A DNA stretch of 63,825 nt, filler included, from Actinomycetota bacterium (GTDB taxonomy: Bacteria > Actinomycetota > CADDZG01 > JAHWKV01 > JAOPZY01): assembly GCA_025963875.1 (NCBI GenBank). It is 3 parts of 3 records of this genome, joined end to end, with 100 filler letters (N's around TTAATTAATTAA, not from the genome) between each part and the next. Parts side by side here need not be neighbours in the genome. Positions count along the whole stretch, not along the records: positions 27,835 to 59,330 come from JAOPZY010000265.1; positions 59,431 to 63,825 come from JAOPZY010000082.1; 1 more part is not named here. The stretch is one strand, 5' to 3'. A model generated the notes under the pieces. That model ran no database searches. It saw only the letters and a list, made by a program, of their open reading frames with translations, and had not been told where the DNA came from. A program made the position numbers and the translations under genes. Below, one piece after another: positions 57,646-63,825 of the stretch; the first letter of the stretch is position 1; each line of letters opens with the position of its first letter.

Positions 57646-58157
57646 TCACGCCCCGTTTCTCGTCCGGGGTGGCGCCGTTGCCCCCCGCCGCCGCTTTGGC
57701 GTACCGGTCAGTATGGGTCCGGCAATTGGCGCGCGGAAGTCCTCCATTCGCCTTTTAATCCGTAGCCGGGCGTACCGGTTACTTAACAGTCGGTCAGTCC
57801 TAGGCAGAATTACGTACATCTGTCTTCCATTTCAGGGCTCCGCGCCATCTTCTGTGGATGGTTCGAAGTCCCGCCACCCGTTCAGGCGGGCATGTGCTCC
57901 GACCTTGTGCTAGATGCGGACCGGCTGGTCACGCAGGGCGGTAGGCACGAGATGGTGTACGACGGTTCGAGACCGCATCGTCCGGTTCCCGCCTGCTCTG
58001 AAAATTCAGGCTGCTGTTCCCTCGCGCCGCCACCCAACGTGGTGGCTGCGCTGCGAACTGAAGTGCCACCGGTCGAAAGGGGCTTCGCTCTGTCCATGAG
58101 GCGACCCTGCGGCACCCACACGAAAGAGCGAGGACCCATTTCACCCCGCCCAGCGCG

Positions 58158-59234
58158 TCACGGGGGAGCCACCTCGACCAGATCAAGATGCGGGTCCCGG
58201 CCCAGGAAGGCGCCGATTTCCCCGACCTCGCGCTCGATGCCGCGCACGGCCCGACCGGAGAGGGGCTGGAAGGGAGCGACCTCGATGGTGTCGGTGGCAC
58301 CCCGTACGTAGCGCCACGTCGCCACCACGACGCCGTCGTCGAGCACGAGCGGTTTCACAAGACCTCCCCCCGTGTTCACCCGGCGGGCGTGCTCGGGGGC
58401 GAGATGGAGGCTGCGGTCGGCGTAGCCGAGGAGCAGGGCGTCGAACCCACCCGTGAGGCGGACCGGGCAGCGGGCGGTGGGTGCCCGGTCCTCTGGCGCA
58501 GGAGCGGCCCCGTCAGCGACGGCTGCCCACCCGAGCCTGGCCTGTGCCGCGGGCAGACCGGACCACGCCCGGAAGTCCTGCAGGGTTGCCGGGCCGAACG
58601 CACGGAGGAACCGGGACGCCAGCACCCCGAGCGTCTCCTCGCGGCTCGGGAGCCCTGCGGGCGGCACCCAGTCGTCGAGCAGCACGTAGCGCTCCGGGCC
58701 GTGCGGGTCGGGCAGGACGCAGAGCACACCTTCGTACGCGGCGCGGCGCAGCACGTGGGCCGGGGCCTGGCCGGCGACGTCGATCCCGGCGGCGGCGAGC
58801 CGTTCCTTGACCTCCGGGCGGGTGAGCATCCCCTCGGCGGCCAGGGCGTCCCGGAGCGCCGCCACCGCCCCGTCCCCGGCCTCACCCGCGATCCCGAGTT
58901 GCTCCGCTCGCCTACCCGGGCGTCCGAACACCGGTCCGAACACCTTGAGCAGCCACCGGACGTCGGCGGCGGGATGGAGGTGGCGGGTGCCGCGCATGGT
59001 CCACGTGAGCACCAGCGAACGGTCCTCCCAGACGGCCCTGCGGAGGCCGGCGAGCGCAAGACCGGGACTTCGGGCACGGACGGACATGGTCGCCGCCGTG
59101 ATGTCCTGCGACTGGATACCCGCGACCGCGGACACGACCGCGGCCGCCTCCGCCGGCGGGTGATCGTCCAGCAACTGCGCCCGGATGTGTGTCCGACGGG
59201 TCACGGTTGGCACAAAATTACTTGAAGTTCCCAT
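58158..59234 (-). CDS. AlkZ/YcaQ-like (HTH_42) DNA glycosylase family protein
   Basis: GIQSQD, TWTMRGTRHL, FGPATLQDFRAWSGL, FDALLLGY; start uncertain. Confidence 0.85.
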   Translation of the reverse strand: MGTSSNFVPTVTRRTHIRAQLLDDHPPAEAAAVVSAVAGIQSQDITAATMSVRARSPGLALAGLRRAVWEDRSLVLTWTMRGTRHLHPAADVRWLLKVFGPVFGRPGRRAEQLGIAGEAGDGAVAALRDALAAEGMLTRPEVKERLAAAGIDVAGQAPAHVLRRAAYEGVLCVLPDPHGPERYVLLDDWVPPAGLPSREETLGVLASRFLRAFGPATLQDFRAWSGLPAAQARLGWAAVADGAAPAPEDRAPTARCPVRLTGGFDALLLGYADRSLHLAPEHARRVNTGGGLVKPLVLDDGVVVATWRYVRGATDTIEVAPFQPLSGRAVRGIEREVGEIGAFLGRDPHLDLVEVAPP

Positions 59235-59330
59235 AATTTTCGTCTAATATTCGCGGTCCCGTCACTTTCCCGTCACAGAGACCCCAGGCAGTCGTCCTAC
59301 GGTGCCCGCTCAGCACTCACCAGGAGGTCA

Positions 59331-59430
59331 NNNNNNNNNNNNNNNNNNNNNNNNNNNNNNNNNNNNNNNNNNNNTTAATTAATTAANNNNNNNNNNNNNN
59401 NNNNNNNNNNNNNNNNNNNNNNNNNNNNNN
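59331..59430. other. artificial contig-join spacer
   Basis: 100 bp of N containing TTAATTAATTAA at 59375-59386. Confidence 0.97.
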
Positions 59431-60280
59431 TCGTGGCCTTGGCCCGGAAGCGGTCGATGAACTCCTGCGCCTGGGCGGCCTGACGGGCCCGGTTGCGCTC
59501 GGCGGCCTCGGCCTGTTCGGCGACGAGCTCTCGCTGGACGAGGAACGACTCGTAGTCGCCCTTGTAGGAGACGAGCTGGCCGCCGTCGATCTCCACGACC
59601 CGGGTCGCGATGCCGTTGATGAACTCGCGGTCGTGGGAGACCAGGAAGATTGCCCCCTTGTACGCCTTGAGGAAGCGCTCCAGCCACTCGACCGCCTCGA
59701 CGTCGAGGTGGTTCGTCGGCTCGTCGAGCATGAGGAGGTCGGGCGCGGCGAGCAGCAGCTTCGCCAGCGAGATCCGCATGAGCTGGCCTCCCGAGAACCC
59801 CTCGACCACCTTGTCGAAGTCCGCGTCCCGGAAGCCCAGCCCCCCGAGGATCGCCTTGGCCTCGTACTCCTTCGTGTAGCCGTCCAGGTCGGCAAGGCGC
59901 TCGTGGATCTCGGCGTAGTCGGTGAGGAGGCGGTCCCGTTCGTCCCCCTCGGGGCACTCCTCGAGCTCCGCCTCCAGCACCGCGAGCTTGTGGTTGGTCT
60001 CCTCCACCTCGGTGGCCGCCGAAAGGACCTCCTGCAGGAGGGTCCGGCCCTCCAGGGCGTCGACGTCCTGGCGCAGATACCCGATGGCAGCCTGCTTGAG
60101 GACGGCGATCTGGCCCCGGTCGGGGGACTCCGTGCCGGCGAGCATCTCGAAAAGCGTCGTCTTGCCGGAGCCGTTCGGGCCCACCAGGGCGACGCGCTCC
60201 CGGGGGCCGACCCGAAGGTCGGTCCCGGTGAAGAGGTCCTGGGGGCCGAAGGCCTTCCACAGGTTGGTGACGGTGATCAC
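59431..60280 (-). CDS. ABC-F family ATP-binding protein, 3'-truncated
   Basis: GPNGSGKTT, FSGGQ, LDEPTNHLD, VSHDREF, FIDRFRAKAT linker; no TM segment. Confidence 0.9.
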
Positions 60281-60491
60281 GAAGCCAGTGTAGGTGAGGG
60301 CCCGGTTCTCTGTTCCTTGTCGTTCCAGCAACTGCCAGGCGTCAGCATGCTCCCGGCCGGGTACGAAATGGAAACCGGCCGGTAACACTGGTACCAGGAC
60401 GCAAAGACGGTGCAGGTATGACGCCAACCAACTAAAAAGCCTCGTTCAATTACCCCGTTCGATCACCGCACCAATAAAGGAGGAGGATTAC

Positions 60492-60686
60492 ATGGCTGAA
60501 TTCGATGAGGCAACAGAGAAGGGCCCGGTCGGCGAAGGGCCGGTGGGCGTGAAGGTCCCCGGTGCCGACACGCAGGACAAAGGGACCCCGGCCGACGAGC
60601 AGGGCGCAGGCAAGCGCGGCGTCGAGGGCGCCGACACGCCCGGCGTCACGCTCGGCGATATGACGGAGGATGCCCACACGGTCTAG
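60492..60686 (+). CDS. small acidic Gly-rich hypothetical protein (64 aa)
   Basis: very strong RBS AAGGAGGAGGA; GC3-biased codons. Confidence 0.62.
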   Translation: MAEFDEATEKGPVGEGPVGVKVPGADTQDKGTPADEQGAGKRGVEGADTPGVTLGDMTEDAHTV

Positions 60687-60831
60687 AAGCGGCCTTCGCA
60701 CGCTGGCGCCCACGGCACCCCCGCCGTGGGCGCTTCGCGTCGCGGTTACAGCCTCCGGAGTGCGGAACCCCAGGGAGGCGAGTTACGCTTTGACGGCATC
60801 GGTCGCCTAGTTCAGATGGGGGGGGTCCCAG

Positions 60832-61050
60832 ATGTCCAGCGTCGAGACACAACCAGAAGACACGTTCGCCCGTGAGGTAGCCGAGCGTCTTCTCCCGAGG
60901 CTGGGTGGCCGGGTGCCCCAGCAGGCCATCGAGGAGGAGGCGCGACAGACGTACCGGTCCCTGTCGCAAGGTGCCCGGATCCTCGACTTCATCCCCATCC
61001 TCGGCGAGCGGGACCTGTTCCTTCACTTCCGCAACGCGCCGGCCGAATGA
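60832..61050 (+). CDS. stand-alone three-helix-bundle (DUF3562-like) protein
   Basis: ARILDFIPILGER motif resembles the N-terminal dimerisation domain of actinobacterial ArsC-type proteins. Confidence 0.6.
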   Translation: MSSVETQPEDTFAREVAERLLPRLGGRVPQQAIEEEARQTYRSLSQGARILDFIPILGERDLFLHFRNAPAE

Positions 61051-61093
61051 GCGTCATCCCCTAGCTCGACACCGCAACCGCAGGGCCCAGAAC

Positions 61094-61110
61094 TCTCAGC
61101 CAATTCTCAG
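61094..61110 (+). promoter_or_regulatory. TCTCAG-N5-TCTCAG OmpR-family site
   Basis: exact direct repeat 44 bp upstream of the response regulator start. Confidence 0.68.
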
Positions 61111-61153
61111 GAATTCAGCGCGAACCTGGAACGTCAGGAGAGGAGCGCTGAGC

Positions 61154-61831
61154 GTGCGGGTACTGGTGGTGGAGGACGAGAAGCGGTTGGCGGCCACGCT
61201 CAAGCGGGGCCTCAGTTCCGAAGGGTTCGCTGTCGATGTCGCCCTTGACGGCCCGCAGGGCCTGTGGATGGCGAGGGAGCACCCCTACGACGCCGTCGTG
61301 CTCGACATCATGCTGCCAGGAATCAACGGCTACAAGATCTGCGGCACGCTGCGGGAAGAGGGCAACTGGATGCCCATCCTCATGCTCACCGCGAAAGACG
61401 GCGAGTACGACGAGGCCGAGGCGCTCGACACCGGTGCCGACGACTTTCTCTCCAAGCCCTTTTCCTTCGTCGTCCTGGTCGCCCGGCTGCGGGCGCTCGT
61501 TCGGAGAGGGGTGCGGCCGCGCCCATCGGTGCTCGTCGCCGGGGACCTCCGTCTCGATCCTGCCGCACGCTCCTGCACGCGCGACGGCGTCGACATCGCC
61601 CTCACGCCCCGGGAGTTCTCGCTGCTGGAGTACCTTCTCCGACGGGCAGGCGAGGTCGTGCGGAAGACCGAGATCCTCGAGCACGTCTGGGACTACGACT
61701 TCGACGGGGACCCCAACATCGTCGAGGTCTATGCGGGCTATCTCCGCCGCAAGATCGATGTCCCGTTCGGCCGGCATGCCCTCGAGACCGTCCGCGGCGC
61801 TGGCTACTGCCTGAATCCCCAGGGCGGCTAG
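61154..61831 (+). CDS. OmpR-family response regulator
   Basis: LVVEDE, LDIMLP, DFLSKPF, NIVEVYAGYLRRKID, TVRGAGY; RBS AGGAG. Confidence 0.95.
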   Translation: MRVLVVEDEKRLAATLKRGLSSEGFAVDVALDGPQGLWMAREHPYDAVVLDIMLPGINGYKICGTLREEGNWMPILMLTAKDGEYDEAEALDTGADDFLSKPFSFVVLVARLRALVRRGVRPRPSVLVAGDLRLDPAARSCTRDGVDIALTPREFSLLEYLLRRAGEVVRKTEILEHVWDYDFDGDPNIVEVYAGYLRRKIDVPFGRHALETVRGAGYCLNPQGG

Positions 61832-61832
61832 G

Positions 61833-63191
61833 TTGTTCACCCGCCTGCGATCGGTCCGGGGGCGGACCACGCTGGCGGCCACCCTGGTCGTCGGCCTGGC
61901 GCTGGCCGTGGGCGTCACCATCCTCCTCACCGTTCTTCGCCGGTCTCTTGTTGCCAGCGTCGACGGCGGCATCCGCACCCGCTCGGGCGTGCTCACCGCC
62001 GCGGTGGCCACCGGCGGCGGCCTCAATCCTCTGCCTGCGTCCAACGACGAAGCCTCCTTCGTCCAGGTCACGGACCTCGCGGGCACGGTCCTGGCCGCCA
62101 GTTCCAACGTCGAGGGTGAGCCGGCGCTCGTCAAAGGGTCGCCCGGGCAGGACGGCACGATCCGCACGCTGTCCGGCATGCCCATCGGTGAGGGAGGATC
62201 GTTCCGCGTCCTCACCCACTCCGTGGCGACGCCAACGGGAACCGTGCGGGTTCTCGTTGCCAGTTCGCTGGCGTCGACCGACCACTCCCTCGCCATCGTC
62301 GGCGGGGGCCTCGCCGTGGGGGCCCCCGCCCTCCTCCTGCTCGTCGCCCTGACGACGTGGGTGGCGGCGGGACGGGCGCTGGCCCCGGTGGAGGCCATCC
62401 GCGCCGAGGTCGCCGAGATCTCGATGCGGGCGCTGGATCGCACGGTGCCCGAGCCGGTGGCCAACGACGAGATCGGGCGACTCGCCCGAACCATGAACCA
62501 GATGCTGGAGCGCCTCCGGGGATCCGCCGCGCGCCAGCGCCAGTTCGTCTCCGACGCCTCCCACGAGCTGCGCAGCCCGTTGGCGGGCATGCGGGCGGAG
62601 CTCGAGGTGGCGATGGCACACGAGCAGGATGCCGACTGGCACCACACGGCCGGCGACGTCCTGGAGGACCTGGGCCGCCTCCAGCGCCTGGTGGACCAGC
62701 TGCTTGTTCTGGCACGCCTCGACGAGAGCGCACCGGTGGCGGTGGACCGCCCCGTCGACCTCGACGAGCTCGTGCTCCGGGAAGCCCGGCGCGCCCGGGA
62801 GCGCGATGGCCTCGTCGTCGACGTCCACGCAGTCTCGGCGGGCCGGGTCCGCGGCGACCCCGACCGGCTCCGCCAGGTCGTGCGCAACCTGGTTGACAAC
62901 GCCGCACGCCACGCCCGCAGCACGGTGACCCTGCGGTTGCAGGCAGAGGCGGGATCGGCGGTGCTCACCGTGGCGGACGACGGTCCCGGCATCCCCCCTG
63001 GCGAGCGGGAGCGCATCTTCGAGCGCTTCACCCGCCTCGACGAAGCCCGGGCCACGGACAACGGCGGCTCCGGGCTTGGCCTCGCCATCACGCGAGAAAT
63101 CGTTGCGGCCCACGGGGGCACCGTCGAGGCGGAGGACCCCCCAATGGGCGCCCGCCTGGTCGTCCGACTTCCCCTCGACGACCGGTCCTGA
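61833..63191 (+). CDS. HAMP sensor histidine kinase
   Basis: two TM helices, DASHELRSPL, NLVDNA, DDGPGI, GSGLGL. Confidence 0.95.
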   Translation: MFTRLRSVRGRTTLAATLVVGLALAVGVTILLTVLRRSLVASVDGGIRTRSGVLTAAVATGGGLNPLPASNDEASFVQVTDLAGTVLAASSNVEGEPALVKGSPGQDGTIRTLSGMPIGEGGSFRVLTHSVATPTGTVRVLVASSLASTDHSLAIVGGGLAVGAPALLLLVALTTWVAAGRALAPVEAIRAEVAEISMRALDRTVPEPVANDEIGRLARTMNQMLERLRGSAARQRQFVSDASHELRSPLAGMRAELEVAMAHEQDADWHHTAGDVLEDLGRLQRLVDQLLVLARLDESAPVAVDRPVDLDELVLREARRARERDGLVVDVHAVSAGRVRGDPDRLRQVVRNLVDNAARHARSTVTLRLQAEAGSAVLTVADDGPGIPPGERERIFERFTRLDEARATDNGGSGLGLAITREIVAAHGGTVEAEDPPMGARLVVRLPLDDRS

Positions 63192-63197
63192 GAATCG

Positions 63198-63222
63198 CCT
63201 CAGGGCCTCAGGAATCTCTCAG
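63198..63222 (+). promoter_or_regulatory. CCTCAG-N5-TCTCAG OmpR-family site
   Basis: CCTCAG at 63206 and TCTCAG at 63217 (11-bp period), extra CCTCAG at 63198. Confidence 0.6.
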
Positions 63223-63334
63223 GACAACGCCGGCAGACTGGCACTGCGAGCGATTCCGAAAGGAGGACGAATGCAGCACCAGTCAGTGTGAGGCCGACGA
63301 TTTCAATGCACAACAACTGAGAAGGAGATCAGAA

Positions 63335-63694
63335 ATGAAGATCAACACCAGGCTCGCCGTGATCGGTGCCGGCCTTCTGGCCCTCGGGGGTGGCGGGCTC
63401 GCCGCCTTCACCTCCGCCCTCCCGGCCGGCGCCCAGACCACCCCGGCGCCCGCCGTGAGCACCCCCGCCCCGGCACCGGCAGCCAGCACCCCCGCCCCGG
63501 CCCCGAGCAACGCGGCGGACCCCAAGGGCGACGAGGCGCCGGAGGCCCCAAAGGGGCCGGACACGGACACGGTCCAGGACCAGTCCGGCGACCAGTCGGG
63601 TGACCAGTCGGGCCCCAACGACACCACCGGCCCGGACACCCCGGAGGTCGGCGGGGCGCCCGACGCGCCCGGAGTAACGGGAGCGGCAGCCTAA
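63335..63694 (+). CDS. small secreted acidic low-complexity protein with (DQSG)3
   Basis: RBS AAGGAG, signal peptide ending AGA, 12-bp repeats at 63578-63613. Confidence 0.75.
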   Translation: MKINTRLAVIGAGLLALGGGGLAAFTSALPAGAQTTPAPAVSTPAPAPAASTPAPAPSNAADPKGDEAPEAPKGPDTDTVQDQSGDQSGDQSGPNDTTGPDTPEVGGAPDAPGVTGAAA

Positions 63695-63715
63695 CCTAAC
63701 GCCGCACGCTGGCCC

Positions 63716-63749
63716 GTCCTCCCGCTCGGCGTTGTCCGGGCGGGAGGAC
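63716..63749 (+). terminator. GC-rich hairpin after the secreted-protein gene
   Basis: GTCCTCCCGC...GCGGGAGGAC stem. Confidence 0.6.
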
Positions 63750-63770
63750 CTGGCCGGCAGCCGCTCCACC

Positions 63771-63817
63771 AACTTTGCTCCAAAAGTGACCATTTCCGGG
63801 CGTTTTGGAGCAAAGTT
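63771..63817. repeat. dispersed 12-N17-12 palindrome, copy 4
   Basis: AACTTTGCTCCAAAA-N17-TTTTGGAGCAAAGTT, 8 bp from the window end. Confidence 0.8.
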
Positions 63818-63825
63818 CATCTGCT

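Noticed and set aside
57855..57980. tRNA T-loop-like GGTTCGA motifs
   Set aside because: T-stems do not pair fully and no cloverleaf or CCA end can be built.
59207..59247. Fifth copy of the 12-N17-12 palindrome
   Set aside because: Spacer between the A and T tracts is 19 nt and the half-sites do not fit the consensus.
14083..63817. Palindromes as CRISPR repeats or integron attC sites
   Set aside because: Copies are isolated rather than arrayed, no cas or integrase gene is present, and RYYYAAC/GTTRRRY ends are absent.

Overview
High-GC, Actinomycetota-like bacterial DNA made of three unrelated-looking contigs (about 1-27734, 27835-59330, 59431-63825) joined by two artificial 100-bp N/TTAATTAATTAA spacers, so synteny must not be read across the gaps. 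Contig 1 is accessory and regulatory. It carries FtsH, PhoU, a TetR gene divergent from two tandem PAS-LuxR paralogs, an FtsX-type ABC system with its OmpR two-component system, a split and divergent pentapeptide-repeat gene pair, a haloperoxidase-like gene, an ECF sigma factor coupled to two Rieske-domain anti-sigma-like proteins, a TreS-like enzyme and a NuoF-like/ferredoxin pair. Contig 2 is mostly core. It carries a caa3-type oxidase operon with a di-cupredoxin and fused CtaA-CtaB, LarE/NIL/CDGSH genes, groEL with a perfect CIRCE, a ThrC-like plus sulfur-carrier pair, otsAB, gdh, glnE and glnA separated by a decaying XRE-GNAT cassette, a large secreted protein and an AlkZ-like glycosylase. 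Contig 3 has a partial ABC-F gene and a second OmpR system. The best leads are: (1) the ECF sigma/Tat-anchored Rieske anti-sigma system; (2) a dispersed 12-N17-12 AT-rich palindrome found four times on all three contigs, twice inside apparent CTAG-bounded insertions; (3) MprA-box-like TCTCA(G/T)-N5 repeats linking both two-component systems to small disordered secreted proteins; (4) the membrane di-cupredoxin in the oxidase operon. Several frameshifts sit in homopolymers or short repeats and may be sequencing errors. No rRNA, tRNA, CRISPR array, transposase or integrase was recognised. Family assignments come from motif recognition by eye, not database searches.
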